Source: a virus
Taxonomy: Duplodnaviria; Caudoviricetes
DNA: 38,396 nucleotides
Direction: 5' to 3' (one strand)
Virus record (IMG/VR): IMGVR_UViG_3300012667_000552
Coordinates: 1 to 38,396 of that record
Of the stretch, positions 25,707 to 35,941 are shown one piece after another. Position numbers and translations under genes: made by a program. The notes beneath the pieces were generated by a model, which saw only the letters and a list, made by a program, of their open reading frames with translations, had not been told where the DNA came from and did not search any database. Within the stretch, counting starts at the first letter, position 1, and the number at the start of each line of letters is the position of its first letter.

Positions 25707-27960
25707 GGGTGTAACCTTTAGTTAGAAGCCATAGAACAGTTAAAGGATATGGTTGATCTTGTTTCAAAATAGTTTGATTATCATCTGGAGAAGCATTAAG
25801 AGATAGGCGTACTTCTTTGGTCGAAAGAGAGGCGGCTGTTCCTAACTCATCTATAGGGTATTCATTGACTGATTTAGATTGTTTATATTTCCCACCTCTT
25901 GATCGGTCAATATAAACGCTTATTTCGTGTCCACGTCTGGCCGATCCTTGAGCTACCCCAAACTGTGCCCCTGCTTCAATAGGCATAGTTTTGATCTCTC
26001 CAGTGTACTTATAACCTACCAATAATGGAGAATAGGTAGAAGCATTTGGTACTACAATTACTCCAGCGGAAGGAGTAAAGTCTCCAAGATAATTTCCTTG
26101 AAAAGATACTACACTTACAGGTTGATTATAATCTGTTCCAATATTTATATTGTTTGAAGAAGCTGTAAAAATCTTGGCGTAATCTAAGTGGCATACAGAT
26201 TTGCTTGAAGCTATTGTATCAAAACTTGCGGTAGCGTTCATTGCGTTTTGTCTTGATCTAATCCAAAATCTTTCTAACCCATAAACAGACCTATTTGTAT
26301 AAAGATAAATGAAGTCTTTATTAGATTGAGAAGATAACGGAATAGACGCTATAGATGAAATAGAAGCATAGCTTGAACCATACGGTAATATATGTTTTGA
26401 CCACCCAAGAATTTTAGAAGTTTTATCAATTGCCAAGCTTAACAAGGTTGTTTTTCTTGTATGTGTATTTAAACATAAGCACCATAAAATGCCTTCAGAT
26501 TCTTGATATGTTAGTTCGTAGAATCCGTTTAAATTAAATAATAAATTAGAAGGATCAACTAACGTAAGTGCTTTATCGAGAATACCTTCAGACAAAGCAC
26601 TTATCTCACTGGCAGACTGATATTGTCTTAAATCTTTTGGTATCTCTAACAATCTTTTTCTATCGTAAGAAACAAAAAGAATTGATGATCCTACTTTTGA
26701 TGGTTGTACTTTGGCGGAGCCATGGGATGAAATTGCACCTACATTAATATTCGATATAGATAAGATTCCATCCTGGCCACCATTAATAGAATATTCCGTA
26801 CTGGTTGTTCCGACAATCAAAGTTTGTGAAGGGAGCATCCATTGAATGGAGTTTGCTGATATAGCTGCAATTGTAAAATTGAAAGGATCTGTTTCTTTTA
26901 CAGTACCAAAATAATTATATCCAGTAGTATCTGTTGTAGCATCTTGGATAAATTTCTTACTCATAAAATGGTAAATGTTACCAACAAATGAAGCCCATAT
27001 TGTATCAGGGAATTTTATGTTACCGCCAAAATAAAGTCTTCCTTGGAAGAAGCAAGCTGTCTTTGGGTATCCGTCAATAGGATTAAAAGCTGAAATTTCA
27101 AAATTTGAGGCTGATGTAACAGCTCCGTAAGCTGTATATGTGTAAGCATTAACTTCGCTGTCAGATATTTTTGAAGTTATAATGGATACACCTGTAGTAG
27201 TACCATGTGTTATTTTGATTATAGTTCCTACGACATCTCCGGCAAAAAAAGATGTAGGTACTGCGGATAAATTTAAAGAAAGTATTGTAGTCGCACCTAC
27301 GCCTGAGGTTGTAGGTCTTAATCTAATATTGGTATCAATATTAGCGTCTTTAAAGGGTATTCTTAAAGGATATTTAACATTTACGTCTAATTCTAATGAT
27401 CCTGTTACTGCATTTAAAACTGTAGGATGTAAAATAGAATCAATTAAAAAAGAAGTTGATCCAAGACGTTTTCCCACAATAGGTGAAAGAGTCCCTGTTC
27501 CGTCACAAATTACAAATAAATCTCCGTAAGATGTAAAAGACAAAGAGTCAAAAATAGAAGTAGTTAAAGCACCATTAGCAGCAGGATCAAATAATCCAGA
27601 AAGATCACTAAAATCTATGTGAGTATTCCAGATATAATTTGGTTTTGAAATAGAGCAATTTGTTAATCCTCCTGCTTCAATTTTTGAAATACTTAAATTG
27701 TAACCAGGAGAAACAAAAACAATATAACTTGCGCCATCAGCAGGATTAAATTTAAAAATTCTATTATTATAATTATCTGTAGTTGTATCAATTGTAACTC
27801 TAGTTGTTCCTGGACGAAAGTATGCCCCACCTTGTTTTAAAGGAATGAAGTTTGTCATTTCATCTACACCAGAATAATACTCCTCTAAATCTGTTCTACC
27901 TTTAAGGTATTGAGAAAGTTCGCCGGATGAGAATTTATTATAAATCGAATTGTACTTCAT
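25696..27960 (-). CDS. Tail tubular protein B / nozzle (gp12-like)
   Basis: FSSGELS..GRTD..GGA..RPG, YP..FFQGRLYFGG, GWSKH, QDQPYPLTV. Confidence 0.92.
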   Translation of the reverse strand: MKYNSIYNKFSSGELSQYLKGRTDLEEYYSGVDEMTNFIPLKQGGAYFRPGTTRVTIDTTTDNYNNRIFKFNPADGASYIVFVSPGYNLSISKIEAGGLTNCSISKPNYIWNTHIDFSDLSGLFDPAANGALTTSIFDSLSFTSYGDLFVICDGTGTLSPIVGKRLGSTSFLIDSILHPTVLNAVTGSLELDVNVKYPLRIPFKDANIDTNIRLRPTTSGVGATTILSLNLSAVPTSFFAGDVVGTIIKITHGTTTGVSIITSKISDSEVNAYTYTAYGAVTSASNFEISAFNPIDGYPKTACFFQGRLYFGGNIKFPDTIWASFVGNIYHFMSKKFIQDATTDTTGYNYFGTVKETDPFNFTIAAISANSIQWMLPSQTLIVGTTSTEYSINGGQDGILSISNINVGAISSHGSAKVQPSKVGSSILFVSYDRKRLLEIPKDLRQYQSASEISALSEGILDKALTLVDPSNLLFNLNGFYELTYQESEGILWCLCLNTHTRKTTLLSLAIDKTSKILGWSKHILPYGSSYASISSIASIPLSSQSNKDFIYLYTNRSVYGLERFWIRSRQNAMNATASFDTIASSKSVCHLDYAKIFTASSNNINIGTDYNQPVSVVSFQGNYLGDFTPSAGVIVVPNASTYSPLLVGYKYTGEIKTMPIEAGAQFGVAQGSARRGHEISVYIDRSRGGKYKQSKSVNEYPIDELGTAASLSTKEVRLSLNASPDDNQTILKQDQPYPLTVLWLLTKGYTHDV

Positions 27961-28517
27961 TAGTACCTCGATTCTATAAATAGATCGTCTGTTAGAGGAT
28001 AAGAAGGATTCTCTTGTCCATCATGGCTTCTGCTATCTCTTAATTTAACATTGTACTCTTGAAGCAATATTACCTTTAAAGGATTAGATTGAACCAAAAT
28101 GTAAGCTAGATCAGCTGCTAGTTTTAGCGATAATAGTTCTGAAAACTGCGGACTAAAAGTAGATGCGTCTGTAACTTTAGAGATATATCTTATTTTTACG
28201 TCTGAATAATTTGAATAAAGTTTTGTTCCTTCTACTTGATAGAAGTCTTCTTCATACTGAGTAGCCCATACTCTTAGGCAATCTGCTGGTAGAGTATATT
28301 CATAGGCAAAGTCAAATTCTGGAGTATTAACCGTTGCAACCAAAGTTGCACGTTTAATAGCAAAATTCCATGGGTGTTCGTATAGAAGCTCGTCACGAAT
28401 TTTAGAATATTGTTCGTTTGCAATTGCACCTTGTCTAGTTGTACCTGGTAATGCGGAAATAATCTCCACGCCAAGTTTAATAAGTGCAGAATTTACTATA
28501 CCTAATTCTGTGGCCAT
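27960..28517 (-). CDS. Tail tubular protein A / adaptor (gp11-like)
   Basis: IVNSALIKLG..HPWNFA..YTLPADCLR. Confidence 0.92.
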   Translation of the reverse strand: MATELGIVNSALIKLGVEIISALPGTTRQGAIANEQYSKIRDELLYEHPWNFAIKRATLVATVNTPEFDFAYEYTLPADCLRVWATQYEEDFYQVEGTKLYSNYSDVKIRYISKVTDASTFSPQFSELLSLKLAADLAYILVQSNPLKVILLQEYNVKLRDSRSHDGQENPSYPLTDDLFIESRY

Positions 28518-28528
28518 GGATGCCTCTT

Positions 28529-28556
28529 AAAAGAAAGGCCCCCTTTCGAGGGCCTT
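28529..28556 (-). terminator. Intrinsic terminator after capsid/cement genes
   Basis: AAGGCCCTC gaaa GGGGGCCTT followed by TCTTTT on minus strand. Confidence 0.85.
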
Positions 28557-28561
28557 AATGA

Positions 28562-29020
28562 TTATTCAAGGATGTACTGAATCCAGATTTTAATTTCAAG
28601 ACCTAAAGCTGCATCAGAAGCTTCAGAAAACTTGATTTGGATGCTTGTATCAGCATCGAATTTTTTACCAAGAGCAGCGGCTCCGGCTGGCATAAGAGCT
28701 TTTACAGCTTGTCCACCGGCATCGGCAGAAGCAATGAAAGCATCGTCGTCAGCAGCGTCTACGCCGTTAGCAATAAATCCAAGTTTCATGATACCAGTAG
28801 TGCCAAGGCTTGGAGATACTAAACAAGCTTCAATTACTTTTGCACCTTTAGGAAGTTTTGCTCCCATATTGATGAGGTCGCCAATCGCATATACGTTTTG
28901 ACCACAAGTAAAAGAATCTTGAAGAACACGAACTTTACCAGAAAGCTCGCCTTCGCTGATTTGTTTTGAAGGAACATCGATAAAAATTTTGCTATAGTTG
29001 CTACCGTTAAATTCGGCCAT
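28562..29020 (-). CDS. Capsid cement/decoration protein
   Basis: Beta-rich 152 aa immediately after the capsid gene, before the terminator. Confidence 0.7.
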   Translation of the reverse strand: MAEFNGSNYSKIFIDVPSKQISEGELSGKVRVLQDSFTCGQNVYAIGDLINMGAKLPKGAKVIEACLVSPSLGTTGIMKLGFIANGVDAADDDAFIASADAGGQAVKALMPAGAAALGKKFDADTSIQIKFSEASDAALGLEIKIWIQYILE

Positions 29021-29039
29021 AAAATTCTCCTAAGAATTT

Positions 29040-29059
29040 AGAGGGGATTTCTCCCCTCT
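29040..29059 (-). terminator. Hairpin between capsid and cement genes (weak terminator or stabiliser)
   Basis: AGAGGGGA-4 nt-TCCCCTCT. Confidence 0.5.
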
Positions 29060-29067
29060 TAGTTTAA

Positions 29068-30009
29068 TTATTCAGAACAGATAACTTCAACAAGCTTCTC
29101 TTCTTCCATACGAGTAGCACCTAGGTGCAAGCTTGCATAGACTTGAGTTGAGTAATGCTTTGTAGGAAGAACATCGATCTTGCCGTTAATGTCTTGAGCA
29201 GTAGCAAGAAGTAGTCCATCCATGGCCCAAGCAAAACAACGACGAGAGTTAGCTGCTGTAATTGTTCCTGTACCAGAACCAGTCACGCCAGAAACTACGT
29301 TGTATGTTACGTTAGAAGCAGAACGTGGAAGACGCTCAGTTCTTACAAAGTTAAAGCCCATGAAAGTATTAACTTCGCCCATAACTAATGCTTTTACTGA
29401 AGCGTAGTCTGAGTTTGTAACTTCTGTTTGAGCAAGAAGAGATTGAATCTGGAAAGAAGTGATAGCCATTGATTTGCTAATGTCTTCAGAAACATCGTTT
29501 GCATCAAATTTTTGCTTAACTGCACGAAGAGTTTTTACGTTAAGGTTTACACCAGAAGTAGTAGAACCGTCATGAGCAGCTACTTTCTGAGAAGCAGGAA
29601 GAGCTACGGCAGTAGCACCGTCTACACCAGAGTAAGCATTTCCAAGAGCAGCAGAGATGATTTCGTCATCTTTAGCACGACCAAGTGCCCATACAGCAGC
29701 TTGAACATACTCAGACTCAGGAGAGATAAGCATACGGATTTTGTCTTCTTTATCAACAAGATCAGCGTAGAAGTAATCTTTAAGAGTAACACGACGACGA
29801 GAGTGCGGAGTGTTTGAGTAAGTTGTATCAGAGTGACGGCCAACTTTAAGTTGAGCGTCTACTGCGCCAATTCTGTCATAAAAAGCTGATTCAGCATTTT
29901 GTGATTCGTTACGAACTAAACCTTGAAGTTTAGAACCTTTTTGTTGAGATAAGTGAAATACGTTTGAGCTATACTGCTTTACAAAAGCTTCGGTAATTTG
30001 GTTAGACAT
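29068..30009 (-). CDS. Major capsid protein
   Basis: ITEAFVKQY..LSQQKGSKL, TPHSRR, ALGRAKD, GATRMEEEK pattern; strong SD; synteny. Confidence 0.92.
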   Translation of the reverse strand: MSNQITEAFVKQYSSNVFHLSQQKGSKLQGLVRNESQNAESAFYDRIGAVDAQLKVGRHSDTTYSNTPHSRRRVTLKDYFYADLVDKEDKIRMLISPESEYVQAAVWALGRAKDDEIISAALGNAYSGVDGATAVALPASQKVAAHDGSTTSGVNLNVKTLRAVKQKFDANDVSEDISKSMAITSFQIQSLLAQTEVTNSDYASVKALVMGEVNTFMGFNFVRTERLPRSASNVTYNVVSGVTGSGTGTITAANSRRCFAWAMDGLLLATAQDINGKIDVLPTKHYSTQVYASLHLGATRMEEEKLVEVICSE

Positions 30010-30138
30010 AACCTCTCCTTAAAGTGTTAAAAAATAAATTTTGTTTTGTGACTACCCTTGAAACAAGGATCACGGATATTCCGTAGATTTCGCCCGCAGG
30101 AACCTTTCGGTTAGCCCCACCATGGAACGTATATTCCT

Positions 30139-30167
30139 ATGATGAGGCACCAAAAATAGCTTGTCAA
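30139..30167 (-). promoter_or_regulatory. Putative capsid promoter
   Basis: TTGACA-17 nt-CATCAT. Confidence 0.45.
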
Positions 30168-31022
30168 TTATCTTTTTGTAGATACTGCCTGAAATAATTT
30201 TGTCATTTCATTTATAGCATCTTTATGACTTGGATGAGATTTATTGTAGTAAGGATGATCCTTGTTGCCATAAATTTCATTGATTTTAGTCTGAGCTTCC
30301 GACGGAGTTAAGCCCATAGATCCAAGATTGCTGGCATCTACAAACTTATCTTCACCCATTTGCTCGGCCAATTTAGCAAACATTTTAATAACTACTGGAT
30401 TGTTACCAAGGCCAGAATCATTAAATACCTTCTTAGATTCTTCGTCTGCAATTTGGTTAAATAATCCAGAAGCAGCTTGAAGTTTTCTTTCAAAACCTTG
30501 GCCCCATTCTTTCTTAAGACCGTTTACAGATTCCTCAAATATTCTTTTGTTTTCAGCTTCATTGGTACTGATAACTTTATCTACATGAGAATTATAAAAC
30601 TCAAATAATTTATCGGCTTGTTTTGGGAGGATACCATTCTTAACGGCAAGCTCTTTAAATCCGTTTACAAAGTCTTCATCCATCCCTTCAGGAGTTTTAA
30701 ACTCATACTTATCAACTGATTCTGGTAATCCAAGTTTCTGATAAACTTTATGCCAGTCTTCGTCTGAAGCAAATTTATCCGGAACAACAATTTTATCTTT
30801 GCCAATCATCTTTTGGCCGTGAATATAACTCTTTGCCAATGATTGAATATCCATAATTGAAGACAAAGAAGGATCTGCTTTTAAATCATCCGGAAGAGAA
30901 TCTTTCCAGTTCTCAGGAATGACAACCGCTGGAGCAGGAGTAGATGCAGGTGTTTCTGCAATTGGCGCAGAATCATTAGTAGGTGTAGAGGACGAATTGC
31001 CCCCGAGTAGGGATTCAGACAT
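30168..31022 (-). CDS. Capsid scaffolding/assembly protein
   Basis: Low-complexity N-terminus, LAKSY..LGLPE..LKKEWG; between portal and capsid. Confidence 0.85.
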   Translation of the reverse strand: MSESLLGGNSSSTPTNDSAPIAETPASTPAPAVVIPENWKDSLPDDLKADPSLSSIMDIQSLAKSYIHGQKMIGKDKIVVPDKFASDEDWHKVYQKLGLPESVDKYEFKTPEGMDEDFVNGFKELAVKNGILPKQADKLFEFYNSHVDKVISTNEAENKRIFEESVNGLKKEWGQGFERKLQAASGLFNQIADEESKKVFNDSGLGNNPVVIKMFAKLAEQMGEDKFVDASNLGSMGLTPSEAQTKINEIYGNKDHPYYNKSHPSHKDAINEMTKLFQAVSTKR

Positions 31023-31031
31023 AATTTCTCC

Positions 31032-31301
31032 TTAGTCTATGTATAGATTATCTTGTTCGATACCTTTATTAATATCTTCCAAGAGTTTTTGAGGATCGAT
31101 TTGAAGAATGGAAAGAATACGGAGAACAGTATTTCTTTCTCCTTCTTTGAGTGCTGTCTCGTAGGGATCTTTTGAGAATGTGCTTCCAATGACATAATGA
31201 ACTTTCATCATATCGTATAAAACTTTTTTACCTTCGTCGGAATTGAAAATAGACTGGTAGTTAGCTACCTGGTCCATTTTCTTTTTTCTAATATTAAACA
31301 T
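31032..31301 (-). CDS. Bbp19-like phage protein
   Basis: YQSIFNSDEGKKVLYD..EGER pattern directly after the portal. Confidence 0.75.
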   Translation of the reverse strand: MFNIRKKKMDQVANYQSIFNSDEGKKVLYDMMKVHYVIGSTFSKDPYETALKEGERNTVLRILSILQIDPQKLLEDINKGIEQDNLYID

Positions 31302-32902
31302 TATTGTCCTTGAATTATCGGAGCCGCTTTACTCATCATTTCCATCTCATGACTTTGTGCCATTTGATCTTGTGCTTGTTGTGCAGCTTGCGCTCTACCT
31401 TCTCTCAGTTTCTTCACGTCTTTATCATCTCTTAGTAATTCATACGGTACTGAAAGCACGTTGGCAATATATCTGAAAGCAGCGTCCGGATTAAAGTTAT
31501 CTGTAACAGTTTGATCCACTTGAAATATTGGAGCAGCAATTTGAAACATTCTGTTTAGCGATTCTAATTCAGAAGTCTTCTGCGCTCTAGCAATCATAGA
31601 AGAGTATTGCACTTCAAGCTTCATTCCTGCCAATGCTTGAGGAGCTTGAGGTAATTGTCCTCTACGATAAAGAATATCAAAAATTCTATCGATAAGAGGC
31701 TTCAGAAGTTCGTTGTGTTGTCTTCCAAGAATAGGTCCAAGAAGTCTCAACTGTTCTTCTGTTCTCTGCATAACTTCAGTAGCAGTCATTTGCGGACCTT
31801 CACGAAGTTGTAACTGATCGATGAAGAACGCAGAACGAATCCGTGTTCTTACGTCCTCCATGATCTGAAAACCGAAGTCAATCCTAGCCCCGGTTTGGAG
31901 AGGTTCAATTCTATCAGAAGTGCCAGCACGATAATAATTAATCGCCCCTGGTGCAGTTCTAATCGGCCCCATGGTTCCATCGTCTGGTGCCATGAGAGGA
32001 GGATCAACAACTTTTTGTGCTGATCTGATTGTAACCTTCATCATTTGGTTAATCATTTTAATATCAGGTAAGCACTTCATAGCAGGACTTCTGCCATATT
32101 TCTCGCCTGAAATCTTAGTCCATCTTGGGATGGCGTAAGGGAAAGTGTTATAACCTTTCTCTCTTAAAACAATTTTCTTATCTTTTAAAACGTAGCATGA
32201 GTAATAAGGTTTGTTATCAACCACGCTTCCGTACGGATTGTATTCTGTGTTTGCGCCTACCGAGTGAATGATCTCATATTCTTTATGCGGATCACTCATC
32301 ATAGCTTGCGCCATTGGATCATTGGCAAAAGGCTCTGCTCCAAACTCATCCAAAATATCTTTCATTGGTTTTTTAAAACAACGAACAACTGTATCAACTA
32401 CGCCCTTGTAGTTTTCATCAATGTACATCTGATAAATCGGATGCGATAAAAAGCGAATATAGTCAGTATCATCTTCATCAATGAATAAAGCTCCAGTACC
32501 AAAACTTCCAATGTCTAAATAAACTTCGTGAATCTCAGTCTGAAAATTAGAATTATTTAATATTTGGTGCATCCTGCGGACACATTCTTGTAACCACTTC
32601 CTTACTTCGTCGTTCTTATCCAACTGCGTATTGCCAGTAGTAAGACCAAAAAATATATTAGTAGGATTGGAAAGCATACCATGAAGAGCAGATCCCAATA
32701 ACTCATTTGAGTGAATCGCCGTGGAATCATAGATCTCATTGAACTTCTTCTCCCCCGGCGCACGGTCAAACTGATAGACGTTATCTTTGTTTGGAATTAC
32801 AAATTCAGCAATGTCACGCCAGTGAGAGTCCCAATTGACTCTATTAGATTTAAGCTTTTCGTAAAGCTTAACAATCTTAACCGCCTTATCATTAGCAACC
32901 AT
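31301..32902 (-). CDS. Portal (head-tail connector) protein
   Basis: GSFGTG, PRW..GEKYGRSPA, MTATEV..R.EE..LGP. Confidence 0.95.
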   Translation of the reverse strand: MVANDKAVKIVKLYEKLKSNRVNWDSHWRDIAEFVIPNKDNVYQFDRAPGEKKFNEIYDSTAIHSNELLGSALHGMLSNPTNIFFGLTTGNTQLDKNDEVRKWLQECVRRMHQILNNSNFQTEIHEVYLDIGSFGTGALFIDEDDTDYIRFLSHPIYQMYIDENYKGVVDTVVRCFKKPMKDILDEFGAEPFANDPMAQAMMSDPHKEYEIIHSVGANTEYNPYGSVVDNKPYYSCYVLKDKKIVLREKGYNTFPYAIPRWTKISGEKYGRSPAMKCLPDIKMINQMMKVTIRSAQKVVDPPLMAPDDGTMGPIRTAPGAINYYRAGTSDRIEPLQTGARIDFGFQIMEDVRTRIRSAFFIDQLQLREGPQMTATEVMQRTEEQLRLLGPILGRQHNELLKPLIDRIFDILYRRGQLPQAPQALAGMKLEVQYSSMIARAQKTSELESLNRMFQIAAPIFQVDQTVTDNFNPDAAFRYIANVLSVPYELLRDDKDVKKLREGRAQAAQQAQDQMAQSHEMEMMSKAAPIIQGQ

Positions 32903-33201
32903 TACATTGTCCTAGTTTGAGAGATACCTGGAGAAGTTTTTCTGGAAATAACTTCTTGCTTTCTTTGATTAAATACTTGAGCTAAGGCTTCAGCTTCTTT
33001 AGCTTTAGTTTTCTTTTTGTCATTTTTAAAAACTGGAGTCATAATATTTAAACTAGGATCTGCTACAACGGCTTCTTCCATGCTTTTAAATTCTTGCATA
33101 GCAGTTCTGTCACTAAGAGTGTTTCCTGCGGAAGTGTATCCTCCGGTCATAGATTTAGATGCTGTTCCTAAAACTTGCCCTACTACTTTATCAAATGACA
33201 T
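32902..33201 (-). CDS. Hypothetical protein (likely virion-associated)
   Basis: AGGAG SD; coupled to the portal start. Confidence 0.65.
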   Translation of the reverse strand: MSFDKVVGQVLGTASKSMTGGYTSAGNTLSDRTAMQEFKSMEEAVVADPSLNIMTPVFKNDKKKTKAKEAEALAQVFNQRKQEVISRKTSPGISQTRTM

Positions 33202-33216
33202 AAAAATACTCCTAGC

Positions 33217-34518
33217 TTAATACTCATATTCATTATAGGAATCATCTGCCTTCATTGGCAAGTTTCTATTTCGTATCTCGTTGGTATCCCTGGAGTCCAT
33301 GGCCGAATATCCGAAACTATCCGCCCCGTGGGAAGCCCAATTGTGTAAAGGATTGTCCTGCCATATCTTATTCTTGGCATCCCACTTCCTACTGTACGCC
33401 TCGATGGCTTCAAGCCCTCTACGGCATTTAGTCTCGTCGAATACGCACCGTGGGAGTATAATTCTAGCAGCATTGATCCTATCCGCCGGAGATGACTTCC
33501 CTTGAACCTCGCCCCTTATACCAAGGGATGAAAGAATCTCAAGCCTGGTCCTACCAGTTGAAAGATCTCTCACCTTAACATCATGAGGAAAAACGTGCCT
33601 ACCATAGACATAGTTCTTTTTCTTCAGCATATCAGCATAGTGATCGAGTCCCTGACCACTCATTTCATAATAGTCAATGTATCTATACTCAGTCCCGAAT
33701 TGTTGACGAAACCACACAACCGTTGTGTCACTCATCCCAAGATCCCAGAATGTATCCACGACTAACGCCGGATCATACGGAACACTACGAATTTTCTTTT
33801 GTTCTCGAAGATCGTTGATATACTTAGCAAAGTAGGCCCCGGTATTAGCTCCCGCAAAACTACATTCAAACTCCTGCATATAAGCCTCGTCACCAATCTC
33901 CGCTCTAATCTCATCCAATTCATGCTGGGGTATTAGCTTCGATTCTGAGGCCTTAAGAACAAACGAAAACCAGTTCGGATTCTTGAGAGCGAACTCGTAT
34001 TTCTCCTTAAAGTCATTCGATCCTTTCGGCGTTCCAATGAAGAAACACGCCCCTTGCCTGTCTGCAAGTGCAGGACGAACGATAAGACTAAATACATCAG
34101 GACCAAGATCCTGATACTCATCCAACGCGATAACATCAAAGTACATCCCCCGAAGCGAGTCCGCGTTCTCCGCCCCCAATAGGTGTATCGTACAAACGCC
34201 GTTCCCATGAGGTGCCGTGAACCTAACCTTAAGCTCCGCCTCGTTGGCCACGAAACCAGGAAGACTCTGAGCATAGTCCTTAAGGTAAACCCATGCAATC
34301 CTCTTCGCCTGTCCAAAGGTAGGCGCAACGTACGCGCCCTGCGGATTCTTAAGCTTACAGTGAAGCATCCTATCCAGGATCTCGTTAATCACGGAAACCG
34401 TCTTACCGCCCCGACGATGAACAACAATCACGCCAAAACGCTTGTTATATGCAAGCGTATGGAAACGCCTCTGCCATAGTCTAGGGATATACCCTGTATT
34501 AATTACTTCTGTTTGCAA
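33217..34518 (-). CDS. terL: Terminase large subunit
   Basis: HRRGGKT, YVAPT..QAK, LRG..ALDE, IGTPKG, WDLG..D, HGADSF; TTG start. Confidence 0.96.
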   Translation of the reverse strand: MQTEVINTGYIPRLWQRRFHTLAYNKRFGVIVVHRRGGKTVSVINEILDRMLHCKLKNPQGAYVAPTFGQAKRIAWVYLKDYAQSLPGFVANEAELKVRFTAPHGNGVCTIHLLGAENADSLRGMYFDVIALDEYQDLGPDVFSLIVRPALADRQGACFFIGTPKGSNDFKEKYEFALKNPNWFSFVLKASESKLIPQHELDEIRAEIGDEAYMQEFECSFAGANTGAYFAKYINDLREQKKIRSVPYDPALVVDTFWDLGMSDTTVVWFRQQFGTEYRYIDYYEMSGQGLDHYADMLKKKNYVYGRHVFPHDVKVRDLSTGRTRLEILSSLGIRGEVQGKSSPADRINAARIILPRCVFDETKCRRGLEAIEAYSRKWDAKNKIWQDNPLHNWASHGADSFGYSAMDSRDTNEIRNRNLPMKADDSYNEYEY

Positions 34519-34521
34519 AAA

Positions 34522-34719
34522 TTACTTCTTTTTAGATTTAGCTTTCTTGCCTTCTAGCTCCGCCTTGCCCTTCTGTCCATGAGGAATTAGAGGCTCATCG
34601 ATTGGCTCATCCACCGGCTCGCGCTGCTCAAGCTCTACGGCCTTATTCAAATGTCTCTCGGGGAAATGTCCAAACTGACCATTCTCCATAAGGACTCGTT
34701 CATGTATTTTCTTTGTCAT
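34522..34719 (-). CDS. Hypothetical basic-tailed protein
   Basis: GAGG SD; fills the terS-terL gap. Confidence 0.6.
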   Translation of the reverse strand: MTKKIHERVLMENGQFGHFPERHLNKAVELEQREPVDEPIDEPLIPHGQKGKAELEGKKAKSKKK

Positions 34720-35347
34720 TCACTACCTCGACTGTAATTGTTTCATCTCTTGTAACTCCAGTGATAATCTGGATAACCGTAGCCCCACTTCCTGCGGTGT
34801 CTTTCTTGCTACCGAATCTGGCCGGACTATCCTTCTCAGCACTCCATTTAAGAAGCTCCGCTGCTCTAACCTTTCCATCTACTTCAGATTTAGATAAGTT
34901 ACCGCTTGCAAGTTCTTCCGCTGTCTCCAGTATAGTATCGTGTACGTTCTCCGCTCTGACAAGCTTCGCTTTATTTAGTGCCTCACCAAAGGAAGCAATT
35001 TTATCACACCAATTGTAAACCGTCGCCGGACTAACCCCTAGCCCATGACAAGCTTTTTTAAGAGTCATGCCATCCGCTACCCGCTGGAGTACAATGTCCG
35101 CTACTGGCCTAGAGTAGTTAAGCTTGGGAGCCGTATATCCGCTAACTGTCATTCCCTTCTGGATCAGCATATCCTTGCCATCCAAAGTGATTTGCATCAT
35201 GCTCGCGGGATTGAGTATATGTTCTTCATGGAAATCTTGCTGAATTGCAAGCACTTCTCCAGAAACCGCATCCACGGCTTCCACAACACGATAATGCTCA
35301 TTCCAGCGGTAGAAAATATTTTCAGAGTTTACTACAAGGTTAGTCAT
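34700..35347 (-). CDS. terS: Terminase small subunit
   Basis: HTH (GMTLKKAC..VSPATVYNW), LKWSAEK..PARFG; upstream of terL. Confidence 0.8.
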   Translation of the reverse strand: MTNLVVNSENIFYRWNEHYRVVEAVDAVSGEVLAIQQDFHEEHILNPASMMQITLDGKDMLIQKGMTVSGYTAPKLNYSRPVADIVLQRVADGMTLKKACHGLGVSPATVYNWCDKIASFGEALNKAKLVRAENVHDTILETAEELASGNLSKSEVDGKVRAAELLKWSAEKDSPARFGSKKDTAGSGATVIQIITGVTRDETITVEVVNDKENT

Positions 35348-35368
35348 ACTATTTTAGTACCATATAAT

Positions 35369-35608
35369 TTATAGCTTGCAAGGATCTTGTTCTTCATAAA
35401 TGATAATAGTTTCTTCCAAGTTATCAGGCTCGCCAAGCTCCCAATGATAGACTTCAGCTTCACTCTCCACGTCGCTAGACGCTTCAGGATCGTCCAGGTG
35501 AGGTTTTTCCTGCGGGGTTGACCATTGGGTAAGCATATACTCCAAAAGTAGATCATCGGAGCAAAGACAGTTTAAAGGAACCAATAAAAGGATAATCCAT
35601 AGTCTCAT
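35369..35608 (-). CDS. Small exported acidic protein
   Basis: MRLWIILLLVPLNCLC signal-like N-terminus; first gene of the late operon. Confidence 0.6.
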   Translation of the reverse strand: MRLWIILLLVPLNCLCSDDLLLEYMLTQWSTPQEKPHLDDPEASSDVESEAEVYHWELGEPDNLEETIIIYEEQDPCKL

Positions 35609-35614
35609 CCTTTA

Positions 35615-35643
35615 AGCGTAGTGAGGTTGCAATCAGGAGTCAA
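35615..35643 (-). promoter_or_regulatory. Late-operon promoter (possibly leaderless transcript)
   Basis: TTGACT-17 nt-TACGCT, 6 nt before ATG 35608. Confidence 0.6.
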
Positions 35644-35647
35644 TGTT

Positions 35648-35750
35648 TCCAGGTTTATGCAAGCAATGATCCAGGTATTCCAGGTTAGATGTTTTGGCGG
35701 AGTCCAGGTGTCCGGCGGAGTCCGGCGGGATTGCATAACTGCAAGCAATT
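35648..35750. repeat. Short direct-repeat cluster
   Basis: TCCAGGT x4 (35648, 35670, 35679, 35703), GGCGGAGTCC x2, TGCAAGCAAT x2. Confidence 0.7.
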
Positions 35751-35917
35751 AACTAAAATTTAGTGTTAATGTGCTGTGAGTCGGTAAACTAATACAAAAG
35801 GACATAACTTTGGGGGTACCCACTAGAATATACGAACTAAACAAAAACTGTAGAATCTAATGATTAATAGGGTTTATCGTTGGTTTCTTAAGATTTATAC
35901 TAGGTTTCACTAAGTAA

Positions 35918-35941
35918 TTGTCAAAGGTTCACCTTTGACAA
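35918..35941. repeat. Perfect 10-bp inverted repeat
   Basis: TTGTCAAAGG ttca CCTTTGACAA. Confidence 0.8.

Noticed and set aside
13710-35374. Many + strand ORFs opposite structural genes (e.g. 13710-14117, 23067-23531, 27182-27529, 34713-35018)
   Set aside because: Antisense shadows of well-supported genes, with no RBS or recognisable motifs
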